From: Lingula anatina
Taxonomy: Eukaryota; Animalia; Brachiopoda
Length of the DNA stretch: 64,000 bases
Direction: 5' to 3'
Assembly: GCA_051362555.1 (NCBI GenBank)
Contig: JBPQGU010000013.1
Span: 1-64,000, forward strand
How positions within the stretch are numbered: the first letter of the stretch is position 1; the number at the start of each line of letters is the position of its first letter. A program made the translations under genes and the position numbers. The notes under the pieces are model-generated. The model was not told the DNA's origin and ran no database searches. It saw only the letters and a program-made list of their open reading frames with translations. Of the stretch, positions 33,601 to 48,669 are shown piece after piece.

Positions 33601-34069
33601 GTACCACCTGCCTAAAGACACCACAGGCACTGCGGTGCTGAGAAGAGATGGGAAGAAGAAGAAGAAGAAGAAGATGAAGCCAGCCCGCGCAACAGAGACA
33701 CAGTCCAAACAAGTGGTCGTGGTCCCACAACCTGTTGGATTTTTTCCACCTGGCATTCTGCCGCACCAGTTGGCACCAGCACCCGCCCAGTGGACCACCT
33801 TCGCACCCACGGTGATGACCCCAATACCAGGTTTTCCACCCTGGTCCCAACCACTTCCACAGTCAACTACACCAGCTCCGGTTGTGGCTAAGAGGACCAG
33901 AAAAACAAACAACTGTAAGAAATGTGGAAAACCACGCAACATCCAGGCGGGTCATAGCGGCTACCGTGGCCATACATACTGCCCTGACAACGCAGAGGGC
34001 CTGACGTACTTAGCCTGGAAGGAACGAATGAAGGCCCTCTTAGAACAACAACAACAACAACAACAGTGA
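26824..34069 (+). CDS. Dada-type (DUF6729-like) DDE transposase, ~14 exons, copy 1 (a few 1-nt indels)
   Basis: ATGGCGACAAGAG|gtaag first exon. Motifs QFGKYRG, C..C/EC..C, LRERSLGNS, LKMDSTKK (D1), GNEHGQV, YVDRDCC (D2), RLDVWH (DxxH), RGSVSLESFH (E), C-terminal CKKC..H..YCP. Confidence 0.8.
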
Positions 34070-34267
34070 GGGCAGTATAAATAAGGACTGTGTCTTCCCC
34101 AAAATGACATTATTCTCGACAGCTGGAGTGTCATTTTTTATTTAATTATACAAAGACAGCTGGACTGTCATCATATATTTATACACAGACAGCTGGACTG
34201 TCATTAATGCAACAAACAATGCAAGGGAAGTGTGCAATAGCTTGGTTAGCTGGCAATTCACTTATTC

Positions 34268-34680
34268 AAGGATAGCTGGACTATCTCTTATTTATTCAAT
34301 GCAACTGCAATGCAAAAACAACTGTGCAATAATTTGTTCCAAGATAGCTGGACTATCACCTACTTATTCAATGCAACTGCGATGCAAAAACAACTGTGCA
34401 ATAATTTGTTCCAAGATAGCTGGACTATCACCTACTTATTCAATGCAACTGCGATGCAATAACAACTGTGCAATAATTTGTTCCAAGATAGCTGGACTAT
34501 CACCTACTTATTCAATGCAACTGCGATGCAAAAACAACTCTGCAATAATTTGTTCCAAGATAGCTGGACTATCACCTACTTATTCAATGCAACTGCGATG
34601 CAAAAACAACTGTGCAATAATTTGTTCCAAGATAGCTGAACTATCACCTACTTATTCAATGCAACTGTGATGCAAAAACA
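34268..34680 (+). repeat. 72-bp minisatellite (~6 units) in the Dada 3' UTR; also ~43273-43685
   Basis: AAGATAGCTGGACTATCACCTACTTATTCAATGCAACTGCGATGC... at 34341, 34413, 34485, etc. Confidence 0.9.
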
Positions 34681-35614
34681 ACAAGACAGCTGGACTATCA
34701 TCTATTTATATATATATATATATATTAAAAAAAAAATCACTGACTTATTTCAATCATTTATGCAACTACAACGCAGAAAAAAACTGCTATCTGCATTGAG
34801 GTTCAATAAATTTGATTCATATACAACCTGCATTCTTTGTTTCAATTTGTATATTGATTTTAAAAAAAACAGTAAACTGAAAATAAAACGGAATTTGTAC
34901 ATTTAATTTAATTTTGATGAACAGTACAAGTAAATTGAAAGTAGAATGCAGAGCACGTTTCTGTATTCCCCCCCCTCCCCTTCTTTCCCCACCACGATCT
35001 CAACTGTAGCAATCTGTCACAACCAAGGTTATTTACGTTTTTTTAGCATGCAAACGCATTAGGCGACGCTATTCAGCCAAGATCTGGGTCTTAACTCCTA
35101 CTTAACTCTAGAGGGCGCAAGTTTGGCCCGTTTTTGGCGATTTGCATTTGCATACACATGCACTTTCGTTATGCACTTTCGTTATAACGCCGGGCACTTT
35201 CGTTCTGTATTTTGATGCTGTGTTTTGTTTGCGTTTGTCAATTTGCTACTTTGTAGCACATTTCTCAACTGCAGGAGCAGGAGAAGGGCCTTTTTTGACG
35301 ATGTTAACGGTCATTTGGCCGTCGGCTACTGTGACACGGTCATGTGACCACAACAAACCGCAATGTTTACAGGAACTAGGCGTGGGGTCCTTTCTTTAGG
35401 GGGGAACCATTCACCCGGCCACGGCAAACATTCCAGGTGCGCACTAACGTTTTTAATCGTTTTTGGGGCTTGAAACGCATCTGGTGCCAAGTTGCGCGCC
35501 GAAATTGCCCCATCCGCCCCGGGATTTTTGGCGTAATTTTCGCATTTTTTGCCTTTTTCTTTTTTTCTTTTTTGCGCTGGGCCGACAGAGAAGATTGAGT
35601 GGGTTCCTTTGCGC

Positions 35615-38600
35615 AGGGGACATGCGTAGCTTCTCTGTAGAGTGACCCCGAATCACATGACGACTCATGCATACGTCATCGCTGATTTTCCTCAAATCAG
35701 CGATTCCAACCAATCACAAACCCAAAATCAGCGATCTGGTCGAAAATCAGCGATGACGTAGGCGAAATCAGCGAATTACGGCCGCAGAAAAGAGGTCACG
35801 TGGTACAGGAGTCGTCAAGCACAAGCTATTCAACATGGCGACAAGAGGTAAGTTTTCTCTCGACTCAGCGATTCACCTGCCCGTTGCTCGCTTTAAACGG
35901 ACTAGATAATTTAAAACACCGACACCGATGAAAAGCTCAAGTAGTACCGAGCACGCCGACGTATCAGTCGGCGCAACCAGTTGCACCTTTCCGCTTTTAT
36001 CGCAATAATTACCTTTTCGCGGGAAAAATCCACGTGGGTGGGTGCTCGACATGACATGTCTGGATTTCTTTGCAGATGAACCGAAAACGCCACTCCCCTC
36101 GACCAGATCAAGCGACCCAGTGTTCAGGAGGAGGTCGGATGGAGCACTGACGCTCGGTGAGAGTAACGCCGCGAGGAGGGCTGCTGCTTCTGCAGCCACT
36201 GCCTCCCTCACCGCCGCTGCCAAACCACCGGAGAAGGTTGCGGAGGAGGCCAGGTCTGCAGTCATCCAGCTCGGCCTGGATGTCACCGACAAGAAACACC
36301 TTCTGGGGCATCACAGGCTGCAGTTTGGAAAATACCGGGGGCAGACCTTCCGGTGGCTGGTCGAGAACTCCCTGGGGTATGCCGCCTACTTGGCAGAGAG
36401 TCTGAGCAGGGAGACTCCACACCCCGGCCCGCTGGGTGTGAACAAATACAAGCTCAAGGTAAAATCTTTCCTTTTAAATCTTTTTTGATTGCCTTACTAT
36501 ATGTAATGTGTAAGGTATTGAAAGATTGAAAGTAATGCCCCATGGTGTAAGGTTAGTTGTCTGCACCCCCCCCCCCCCTCCCCATGTCTTTTATAAGTCT
36601 TTCATTGGTGTTATACTGGTTTGTGGTGAATAATACTTCAAGTATTCAGTTACTGTGGATACAGACAAACATCATAGTTTAAGTATCTGACATATCTGTC
36701 CTCAAGTCACTGATATCTAGTATTGTTAAAGTGGTCTTGTAACACAAACTAGTCGGACTGAAGGTCACCTCCCAGGAAAGGTACAACGCATTGTTTGTAT
36801 CTTAGCACACACAGTAATATAAATCAGTTGTACTAGTTTCCATTATTGAAAGAGATGATAGTAATTAACATTCATTTCAATTGGACAATGCCTTTATTGT
36901 CAGGGTACCTGTCTTAATCACCTTTATTGACTTCACATAGGAGTACCTTGAGCTGTTCCCCCAGGGTCGGGAGGCTATTGCTGCCAAGACCAAGGAGAGG
37001 CAGGCAAAACCCACACCACCTGCCAAGCCTGTCCCAGTATCCTCCAGCTCACTTCAGAGCCTCATGGTCGGCAGTCATCTGTCACCAGCAGGGCTCAAAG
37101 CTGGAGTGAAGAGACAGCTTGGTCCCCCAGGGCCAACACCCAATCTTAAGAAATCAAGAAGAGGTAAATGACACATGTATTATTACACACATTTTTTTTT
37201 TTTTTTTTTCAAATTTAATAGTTGATGTGTGCTTCTGTATCAGTGTATTTATTCCGTTATTCATTTTTTTTTTTTTCCAGCAACGGCGACCCTGCCCAAG
37301 TCTGAGGATGTGGAAGTGGTGGACGCCCCCCTTCCTGCCCCAGACAGCACCAACACCGCCGTTGCCAAGAAACCTAAACCCACCACCAGAGGTAAATGTA
37401 ATTCATGGTAATTTCATTGACGTAAGGACCCTTGTTTTAAGAGTAGCTTTCTAACATCTTTTTACAGTTGTTGCCACTTTTACTTCAGTATATTCTAATT
37501 TTGTTCATTTAAAGCGACAGCCGTAGACCCTGAGGAAGTGAGCGACTTGGAACGCCCAGAGCTACCTGTCCCTGCCTCAGCTGGTGCTGGCACCAGTACA
37601 GCTGCCGCTCCTGACACCATACCCCAACAGGAGACCAAAAGGCAGAGCTCCCTGCCAGATTCAGGTAAAGACTTTTTGTTTCTTTTCCATGAACAATTTG
37701 AGGTCACAGCTGGGATTCAATTTGGAAATTAACCAGTCAATTCAATTTGGAAATTAACCAGTCAATTTTCAGTGAGCAAAAAGTTAACTCCTAGCTGCTG
37801 ACCTTACATTAAGTGTTTTGTCTGTGACATATCACATACCGCCCCAGCCCTCCTGCCAAGGTGATGATGACAAGAAGAATTCCTTCATGAAAATCTGCAC
37901 AGCTTAGATTGTGAATTTTAAGATTTTTTATAAAATTAATCGCGCAAAGTGTAATGAAAGAAAATAGTGTAAAACAGAATGTAAAACATTAAGAGTGTTC
38001 TATTGTTCTTGTACCTGTTTTCTTTTCACAGTCTTTGGAGGACAGGTGTTGGTGAGTTTGAAATCAAGCTTTCAGAGTTTTATTGTTTTATTTATTATTA
38101 ATGCACACGTGGCTTATTCACTGACACTTGTAGCATGTGGTGTGTTTTCTTTTTATATGTTTTGGAAGGTGACAGCACAGCAGCAGCAGCAGCACTTTGG
38201 TTTTGTTTTCTTTTTCGCTTTTTCGCTTTCCTTTTTTTTTTTTTCTGCATTACTGTGGGTTCCTTACTGTGAGGTGGTTGGTGTTTGTATTGCCTGTAGA
38301 TTAGCATAAAAGAGCTGAACATGCAATAACTTTTTTTTGTTTGTGGGTGATAAGGTTAAAGATATGAGGATGTATTTAAATGATAACTATTGACCATAAA
38401 GTAAACAAAGTCCAAGCAGTGATTAATCTGTTACTTTTAATAACCTCCAATGCAGAAGATACATGATAAGTAAGAATGAGTAATTTTTAAAAGTAATGAG
38501 AAAGTATGTCAGCTCTTGTAAAGTGTGATATATGTTCATGATTTTCTTTTATTTCAGGTTTCCCCCTCTATTATTTTGTACTTATTGCTCTTCACTTGTT

Positions 38601-39617
38601 CCAGTGCCCGTGGATGACACTGATCTGATCCCTCTGTCATGGAAGGCCAGCCTGCCACCACATGAAGCACAGTGGGTTTCCCGTGCCTTGTTTACCACCC
38701 GCCGGGGCCAACTGAAGCAAGAGCTGCAGCTGTGGTGGCACCCACCATCACCCAGACTGGTCCACGCCCAGCCCCCTAGAACAGCAGGGCCTTTCTTCAC
38801 CCACCCCTTCTTCCTCTGGATGCCACGCCGCATGTTCAGGGCTCAGCTGTCTTGCTCTGTGCCATCATGCAAGGGTCGCCAGTTAACATCCTGCGGTTTC
38901 TTCAAGACTGTCCGCCGCGTCCTTGACATCGATGGCTACTTTTACATGGGCACTGAGTACCTGGAGTGCGGCGCCTGTCACAAGAAGTATGCGGGTTGGA
39001 GTGGGGAAATCCTCCAACAGCTGGACGTGGCGACAAGGGGGAAATTTCCAGCACTGCTCACATACAGGTAATTTCAAAACTTTTCTTTTTTTTTCTTTTT
39101 TTAATTTATGGAATTCTTGCATTTAATATCAGTTCATTTGAAAATCTATTTCAGCGGACAAAATAACTCTGTCTTTACATTTATAACTTATTCTGTTCTT
39201 GATTCTTTGTTGCAGGTACTCTTGCTCTACCCGGGTAGTTTCTCTCCTGAGAGAGCGATCTCTTGGGAACAGCACTACTCGGCTGAGTAAGCAACTGTGT
39301 GAGCAGCACACCAGGGATTGGCTAAGCAGGGTAGCCAATTTCCTCTCAGTTGTAGACAAGTTTGCCAGCTCATCCCTTGTGCAGAGAACAAGTCCTCTTC
39401 AGCCGTTACCCTTTGAAAGACTCCCGGGGCCAGCATGGCTACAAACTGTGCTGGTCCGTGACGTGTTGTTGAGGCTTGATGAGATCAAAGCCAAGGTGAC
39501 CTCCACCTTTGGATCCGTCTTGAAGATGGACTCCACCAAAAAGGTATGTACAGTTTTTGTTCTGATTTGCTCTCTTAAACTTTGTACAGTGAACAGTTTT
39601 GAAAACAAAACAACAAA

Positions 39618-39649
<32 letters not shown>

Positions 39650-42600
39650 AATTTCTTTAAGAAAATGTATTAAGTGTCATATTTCCCCCCTCCGTTTTTC
39701 AGGTAGCCAAAAAGCTGGCAGGAGAGGCTGCAGGCTCAGCTGCCTGGTGCACCAACGTGGGCAATGAACACGGCCAGGTACTGACCTCAGTACTCACTGC
39801 TCAGGAGGGAGCTGGCCTGACCAAGATGGCCCAGGGCCTCGTGAGGCGGTACCAGCTCAGTGAACAGCCTCCACCCAAGGTGATGTATGTTGACAGGGAC
39901 TGCTGCTCCACCTCCGGTCCCTGCAATGTCAAGAAGCTGTTTGCTGGCTGGCCCCATCTGGTGGTGCGACTGGACGTGTGGCACTTCATGCGCAGGTTCG
40001 CCTCCTGTGTCACCACGGAAAGCCACCCACTATACGCCGTCTTCATGAAGAAGTTGTCTGCCTGCATTTTTGAGTGGGACGCAGATGATCTGGCAGCACT
40101 TCGAGATGCCAAGCTGGGCCAACTACAACTACAGGGCGCTGGCGTCAGCCCAGACAACATCATGCAGCACATCTCGCGCAAGGAGTTAGAGAAACACTGC
40201 CGTCGCCGCACCCGCGGTGTAGCTGAAACCACTCGTCTCTTGCAGTCGCTGGTCGACACGCTGGACAGTGATCAGGGGTGCGACGCGCTAGGAGTACCTC
40301 TCCTTGATCACGAGAGAGTGCAAGACATGTGGGCCTCTCAACAGCGCCACATACCATGCCTCCAGGACGTCGAAGGGGTCTCTCTGTACACCCAGACTGG
40401 AACTCTGAGGAAGGGCGGGAAGGAGCTGAAGGTCTACAGGTGTGCGAGGGGCTCAGTTTCCCTGGAGAGCTTCCATTCTCATATTGTTAGATTCATTCCC
40501 GGTAAGCACAACCACACACACCGACAGACTGCTTGGTTACCTGAAAGTAGATTTAAAATCACTTTAGACTGACTTAATTTTGATGCATTGGTACTTGTTA
40601 AATTAAACTTAACATTTTTGTTGAAAATTTGTGGTTATTGAACACTTGCAGCTAATTTTCTCCCTTTTTTCTTGTTTTTAACAGGACAAAGTGCCTCTGC
40701 CACAAATTTCCAAGCCTACATCCTGGAAGGAATTGTTCGGTGGAACCAGGATCGTGCGCTGGCCGCAATTGACAATGGGGACACCGAACTTCGCTGCTAT
40801 GATGGACAGCTCGTCCAGGCAGTGAACCATCTGGGAGAACGGTGTGCTTGGCAATACCATCGTGCCAAATGCTGTGGTCCCCAGGAAATACACTGGTAAT
40901 TAAAGTGATTTAGGTTTCGTGTAATTTATAGGAATATAATTAGTTTAGATGTAATTGCAGCCAAGAAATTATTTTTGGAAAAAATAAATAAATAAATAAA
41001 TAAATAAATACATGAAAAAAAAAATGAGGCCTGCTACTAATAATTCTCTCATTTCTCTCTTTACTTCCAGGTGAGCTTCTAGGGTGCGAGTACCTGCTCG
41101 ATCAGACGGGAAAGGCCCTAGAACCTGTAAAACTGGACCCAGATGCACCCGAGGAGGAGGTTGTCGAGACAGTGGAGGAAGATGCTGATGATGAGGGGTT
41201 CTCTGAAGACTGTGATCCCACAATTGCAGATGCTGACGAGGACCCTGTATTCCACATCCCTCCCAGACCACACACCTCCTCCGTGACAGAGGCAACCAAT
41301 ACCTCTCCACCCAGAGAAGGTAAATTTTTAGATTATTACTATTGTAATTATTATTATTATTTCTTTATTATTATTATTATTTTTCTTTATATGTTAATTC
41401 CAGATATGTAGCTATGCAAGTCAGTTGCCCTGTTCTGTTCACACAAGGTTATTTTATTTATTTTTTTTTTTTTTCAGGTGATATTTCTTTTTTCCCCTCC
41501 CCCCTCATTATATCGGCATATTTTTTTTTTACTTTCCAGAAGAGGTGCCCCTTGAAGAACCAACACCCAAGGTAGATGAGACTTCAGAGTCAGTGGACAG
41601 ACATCATATCCCCGGTTATGATGCCGTAACGAAGCTGGCTTCTGTACTCGTCTCCCTACGTACCATCGAGAGGGAGTGCCTCCTAACCGAAGATGTGGAG
41701 AAGATAATCCACCACTGGGAGGCGTTGCCAGAAATGGACAAACAACGCCTCCGTTACACTCCACACTTCAAGAGGAGGCACACAAAGGGGCGATTTGCCT
41801 CTTCCAAGAACACCATCACTCCTGGGGTGGAGAGTGTCAAGAAGTAAGTTTTTTTTTTTTTTTTTTTCAGCTAAGATTGTATTAACACTTATTTTTCAGA
41901 AGATATTGGCATGAAATAGACCAAATAATAATAATAATAATAATAATAATACAAGAAAAAATTAAGTTTTTCCTTTGTACTTTCAGGTGCATGCTGGGGA
42001 CTGGCACCCCTGCGCGTGAGCCTTCCGAATCCAGGGTAGTGGAGGCCGTCATAATGCAACTAATGGAGGCCCATGATGCTCCGTGGAAGGGAGGCAAAAG
42101 ACAACACCCGTGGGGAGTCATCATGCGGGACTATGAGAGGATCACCAGGCTCCTTTTCAACAACGCCCGTGTGATGGAAAAAACAACCCTCCAGCTCTTC
42201 TCCATAAACATGAGGACACTACATACATGGTAATTTCTCAACTGACTCGACTGTCACAGCAACATTGTAAAATGTTAATTCCTCACTTAAATTAGATTCC
42301 TGAAAAGTCACCAATTAAACTGATACAATGATATTGCTAGTGCTTTTTTTTTTTTTTTTTTCCAATTTCATTTCAGTTTTTATTTTTTATTTTCTTTCAG
42401 ATTTAAGAATATTTAAAGATTATTTCCTGATTATTCTTTTTTTTTCTTTTCTTCCATAGGCACAACAGGACTACAGATGAGCAGTACAGGGCCTCCCTTC
42501 TACAGGGGATGTCCCTGCCCGCTCCTCCTGCAACAGCAACAACACCGCTGCCTGCTGCCAGGCAGCTGCTACCGCGGCTGCCAGTGCCCTCTGGAACACC

Positions 42601-44616
42601 GCACCAGTACCACCTGCCTAAAGACACCACAGGCACTGCGGTGCTGAGAAGAGATGGGAAGAAGAAGAAGAAGAAGAAGATGAAGCCAGCCCGCGCAACA
42701 GAGACACAGTCCAAACAAGTGGTCGTGGTCCCACAACCTGTTGGATTTTTTCCACCTGGCATTCTGCCGCACCAGTTGGCACCAGCACCCGCCCAGTGGA
42801 CCACCTTCGCACCCACGGTGATGACCCCAATACCAGGTTTTCCACCCTGGTCCCAACCACTTCCACAGTCAACTACACCAGCTCCGGTTGTGGCTAAGAG
42901 GACCAGAAAAACAAACAACTGTAAGAAATGTGGAAAACCACGCAACATCCAGGCGGGTCATAGCGGCTACCGTGGCCATACATACTGCCCTGACAACGCA
43001 GAGGGCCTGACGTACTTAGCCTGGAAGGAACGAATGAAGGCCCTCTTAGAACAACAACAACAACAACAACAGTGAGGGCAGTATAAATAAGGACTGTGTC
43101 TTCCCAAAATGACATTATTCTCGACAGCTGGAGTGTCATTTTTTATTTAATTATACAAAGACAGCTGGACTGTCATCATATATTTATACACAGACAGCTG
43201 GACTGTCATTAATGCAACAAACAATGCAAGGGAAGTGTGCAATAGCTTGGTTAGCTGGCAATTCACTTATTCAAGGATAGCTGGACTATCTCTTATTTAT
43301 TCAATGCAACTGCAATGCAAAAACAACTGTGCAATAATTTGTTCCAAGATAGCTGGACTATCACCTACTTATTCAATGCAACTGCGATGCAAAAACAACT
43401 GTGCAATAATTTGTTCCAAGATAGCTGGACTATCACCTACTTATTCAATGCAACTGCGATGCAATAACAACTGTGCAATAATTTGTTCCAAGATAGCTGG
43501 ACTATCACCTACTTATTCAATGCAACTGCGATGCAAAAACAACTCTGCAATAATTTGTTCCAAGATAAGCTGGACTATCACCTACTTATTCAATGCAACT
43601 GCGATGCAAAAACAACTGTGCAATAATTTGTTCCAAGATAGCTGGACTATCACCTACTTATTCAATGCAACTGTGATGCAAAAACAACAAGACAGCTGGA
43701 CTATCATCTATTTATATATATATATATATATTAAAAAAAAAATCACTGACTTATTTCAATCATTTATGCAACTACAACGCAGAAAAAAACTGCTATCTGC
43801 ATTGAGGTTCAATAAATTTGATTCATATACAACCTGCATTCTTTGTTTCAATTTGTATATTGATTTTAAAAAAAACAGTAAACTGAAAATAAAACGGAAT
43901 TTGTACATTTAATTTAATTTTGATGAACAGTACAAGTAAATTGAAAGTAGAATGCAGAGCACGTTTCTGTATTCCCCCCCCTCCCCTTCTTTCCCCACCA
44001 CGATCTCAACTGTAGCAATCTGTCACAACCAAGGTTATTTACGTTTTTTTAGCATGCAAACGCATTAGGCGACGCTATTCAGCCAAGATCTGGGTCTTAA
44101 CTCCTACTTAACTCCTAGAGGGCGCAAGTTTGGCCCGTGTTTTGGCGATTTGCATTTGCATACACATGCACTTTCGTTATGCACTTTCGTTATAACGCCG
44201 GGCACTTTCGTTCTGTATTTTGATGCTGTGTTTTGTTTGCGTTTGTCAATTTGCTACTTTGTAGCACATTTCTCAACTGCAGGAGCAGGAGAAGGGCCTT
44301 TTTTGACGATGTTAACGGTCATTTGGCCGTCGGCTACTGTGACACGGTCATGTGACCACAACAAACCGCAATGTTTACAGGAACTAGGCGTGGGGTCCTT
44401 TCTTTAGGGGGGAACCATTCACCCGGCCACGGCAAACATTCCAGGTGCGCACTAACGTTTTTAATCGTTTTTGGGGCTTGAAACGCATCTGGTGCCAAGT
44501 TGCGCGCCGAAATTGCCCCATCCGCCCCGGGATTTTTGGCGTAATTTTCGCATTTTTTGCCTTTTTCTTTTTTTCTTTTTTGCGCTGGGCCGACAGAGAA
44601 GATTGAGTGGGTTCCT
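35615..44616 (+). mobile_element. Dada-U6-like transposon, full unit 2
   Basis: Near-identical to unit 1; junction cores 9,008 bp apart. Confidence 0.8.
35835..43075 (+). CDS. Dada-type DDE transposase, copy 2 (most intact)
   Basis: Same exons as copy 1. The catalytic exon is continuous in ORF 39757-40572; an apparent 1-nt indel near 40843. Confidence 0.8.
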
Positions 44617-44622
44617 TTGCGC

Positions 44623-47600
44623 AGGGGACATGCGTAGCTTCTCTGTAGAGTGACCCCGAATCACATGACGACTCATGCATACGTCATCGCTGATTTTCCT
44701 CAAATCAGCGATTCCAACCAATCACAAACCCAAAATCAGCGATCTGGTCGAAAATCAGCGATGACGTAGGCGAAATCAGCGAATTACGGCCGCAGAAAAG
44801 AGGTCACGTGGTACAGGAGTCGTCAAGCACAAGCTATTCAACATGGCGACAAGAGGTAAGTTTTCTCTCGACTCAGCGATTCACCTGCCCGTTGCTCGCT
44901 TTAAACGGACTAGATAATTTAAACACCGACACCGATGAAAAGCTCAAGTAGTACCGAGCACGCCGACGTATCAGTCGGCGCAACCAGTTGCACCTTTCCG
45001 CTTTTATCGCAATAATTACCTTTTCGCGGGAAAAATCCACGTGGGTGGGTGCTCGACATGACATGTCTGGATTTCTTTGCAGATGAACCGAAAACGCCAC
45101 TCCCCTCGACCAGATCAAGCGACCCAGTGTTCAGGAGGAGGTCGGATGGAGCACTGACGCTCGGTGAGAGTAACGCCGCGAGGAGGGCTGCTGCTTCTGC
45201 AGCCACTGCCTCCCTCACCGCCGCTGCCAAACCACCGGAGAAGGTTGCGGAGGAGGCCAGGTCTGCAGTCATCCAGCTCGGCCTGGATGTCACCGACAAG
45301 AAACACCTTCTGGGGCATCACAGGCTGCAGTTTGGAAAATACCGGGGGCAGACCTTCCGGTGGCTGGTCGAGAACTCCCTGGGGTATGCCGCCTACTTGG
45401 CAGAGAGTCTGAGCAGGGAGACTCCACACCCCGGCCCGCTGGGTGTGAACAAATACAAGCTCAAGGTAAAATCTTTCCTTTTAAATCTTTTTTGATTGCC
45501 TTACTATATGTAATGTGTAAGGTATTGAAAGATTGAAAGTAATGCCCCATGGTGTAAGGTTAGTTGTCTGCACCCCCCCCCCCCCCTCCCCATGTCTTTT
45601 ATAAGTCTTTCATTGGTGTTATACTGGTTTGTGGTGAATAATACTTCAAGTATTCAGTTACTGTGGATACAGACAAACATCATAGTTTAAGTATCTGACA
45701 TATCTGTCCTCAAGTCACTGATATCTAGTATTGTTAAAGTGGTCTTGTAACACAAACTAGTCGGACTGAAGGTCACCTCCCAGGAAAGGTACAACGCATT
45801 GTTTGTATCTTAGCACACACAGTAATATAAATCAGTTGTACTAGTTTCCATTATTGAAAGAGATGATAGTAATTAACATTCATTTCAATTGGACAATGCC
45901 TTTATTGTCAGGGTACCTGTCTTAATCACCTTTATTGACTTCACATAGGAGTACCTTGAGCTGTTCCCCCAGGGTCGGGAGGCTATTGCTGCCAAGACCA
46001 AGGAGAGGCAGGCAAAACCCACACCACCTGCCAAGCCTGTCCCAGTATCCTCCAGCTCACTTCAGAGCCTCATGGTCGGCAGTCATCTGTCACCAGCAGG
46101 GCTCAAAGCTGGAGTGAAGAGACAGCTTGGCTTGGTCCCCCAGGCCAACACCCAATCTTAAGAAATCAAGAAGAGGGTAAATGACACATGTATTATTACA
46201 CACATTTTTTTTTTTTTTTTTTCAAATTTAATAGTTGATGTGTGCTTCTGTATCAGTGTATTTATTCCGTTATTCATTTTTTTTTTTTTTCCAGCAACGG
46301 CGACCCTGCCCAAGTCTGAGGATGTGGAAGTGGTGGACGCCCCCCTTCCTGCCCCAGACAGCACCAACACCGCCGTTGCCAAGAAACCTAAAACCCACCA
46401 CCAGAGGTAAATGTAATTCATGGTAATTTCATTGACGTAAGGACCCTTGTTTTAAGAGTAGCTTTCTAACATCTTTTTACAGTTGTTGCCACTTTTACTT
46501 CAGTATATTCTAATTTTGTTCATTTAAAGCGACAGCCGTAGACCCTGAGGAAGTGAGCGACTTGGAACGCCCAGAGCTACCTGTCCCTGCCTCAGCTGGT
46601 GCTGGCACCAGTACAGCTGCCGCTCCTGACACCATACCCCAACAGGAGACCAAAAGGCAGAGCTCCCTGCCAGATTCAGGTAAAGACTTTTTGTTTCTTT
46701 TCCATGAACAATTTGAGGTCACAGCTGGGATTCAATTTGGAATTAACCAGTCAATTCAATTTGGAAAATTAACCAGTCAATTTTCAGTGAGCAAAAAAGT
46801 TAACTCCTAGCTGCTGACCTTACATTAAGTGTTTTGTCTGTGACATATCACATACCGCCCCAGCCCTCCTGCCAAGGTGATGATGACAAGAAGAATTCCT
46901 TCATGAAAATCTGCACAGCTTAGATTGTGAATTTTAAGATTTTTTATAAAATTAATCGCGCAAAGTGTAATGAAAGAAAATAGTGTAAAACAGAATGTAA
47001 AACATTAAGAGTGTTCTATTGTTCTTGTACCTGTTTTCTTTTCACAGTCTTTGGAGGACAGGTGTTGGTGAGTTTGAAATCAAGCTTTCAGAGTTTTATT
47101 GTTTTATTTATTATTAATGCACACGTGGCTTATTCACTGACACTTGTAGCATGTGGTGTGTTTTCTTTTTATATGTTTTGGAAGGTGGACAGCACAGCAG
47201 CAGCAGCAGCACTTTGGTTTTGTTTTCTTTTTCGCTTTTTCGCTTTCCTTTTTTTTTTTTTTCTGCATTACTGTGGGTTCCTTACTGTGAGGTGGTTGGT
47301 GTTTGTATTGCCTGTAGATTCAGCATAAAAGAGCTGAACATGCAATAACTTTTTTTTGTTTGTGGGTGATAAGGTTAAAGATATGAGGATGTATTTAAAT
47401 GATAACTATTGACCATAAAGTAAACAAAGTCCAAGCAGTGATTAATCTGTTACTTTTAATAACCTCCAATGCAGAAGATACATGATAAGTAAGAATGAGT
47501 AATTTTTAAAAGTAATGAGAAAGTATGTCAGCTCTTGTAAAGTGTGATATATGTTCATGATTTTCTTTTATTTCAGGTTTCCCCCTCTATTATTTTGTAC

Positions 47601-48637
47601 TTATTGCTCTTCACTTGTTCCAGTGCCCGTGGATGACACTGATCTGATCCCTCTGTCATGGAAGGCCAGCCTGCCACCACATGAAGCACAGTGGGTTTCC
47701 CGTGCCTTGTTTACCACCCGCCAGGGGCCAACTGAAGCAAGAGCTGCAGCTGTGGTGGCACCCACCATCACCCAGACTGGTCCACGCCCAGCCCCCTAGA
47801 ACAGCAGGGCCTTTCTTCACCCACCCCTTCTTCCTCTGGATGCCACGCCGCATGTTCAGGGCTCAGCTGTCTTGCTCTGTGCCATCATGCAAGGGTCGCC
47901 AGTTAACATCCTGCGGTTTTCTTCAAGACTGTCCGCCGCGTCCTTGACATCGATGGCTACTTTTACATGGGCACTGAGTACCTGGAGTGCGGCGCCTGTC
48001 ACAAGAAGTATGCGGGTTGGAGTGGGGAAATCCTCCAACAGCTGGACGTGGCGACAAGGGGGAAATTTCAGCACTGCTCACATACAGGTAATTTCAAAAC
48101 TTTTCTTTTTTTTTCTTTTTTTAATTTATGGAATTCTTGCATTTAATATCAGTTCATTTGAAAATCTATTTCAGCGGACAAAATAACTCTGTCTTAACAT
48201 TTATAACTTATTCTGTTCTTGATTCTTTGTTGCAGGTACTCTTGCTCTACCCGGGTAGTTTCTCTCCTGAGAGAGCGATCTCTTGGGAACAGCACTACTC
48301 GGCTGAGTAAGCAACTGTGTGAGCAGCACACCAGGGATTGGCTAAGCAGGGTAGCCAATTTCCTCTCAGTTGTAGACAAGTTTGCCAGCTCATCCCTTGT
48401 GCAGAGAACAAGTCTCTTCAGCCGTTACCCTTTGAAAGACTCCCGGGCCAGCATGGCTACAAACTGTGCTGGTCCGTGACGTGTTGTTGAGGCTTGATGA
48501 GATCAAAGCCAAGGTGACCTCCACCTTTGGATCCGTCTTGAAGATGGACTCCACCAAAAAGGTATGTACAGTTTTTGTTCTGATTTGCTCTCTTAAACTT
48601 TGTACAGTGAACAGTTTTGAAAAACAAAACAACAAAA

Positions 48638-48669
<32 letters not shown>

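Larger units (their letters stand above)
26604..35608 (+). mobile_element. Dada-superfamily (Dada-U6-like) DNA transposon, full unit 1
   Basis: Bounded by two U6-like junctions 9,011 bp apart; encodes a multi-exon DDE transposase. Confidence 0.8.

Noticed and set aside
34230-34670. 146-aa and 225-aa Cys-rich repeat ORFs (also 43235-43912)
   Set aside because: They are translations of a 72-bp 3' UTR minisatellite; the frame is not conserved between copies.
34268-34680. CRISPR-like array
   Set aside because: Whole units repeat with no unique spacers, and the context is eukaryotic.
35090-35112. CTTAACTCCTA duplication as the element boundary/TSD
   Set aside because: It coincides with the array's left edge but lacks convincing TIRs. 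The U6-like symmetric junction ~500 bp downstream fits Dada ends better. Not fully excluded.
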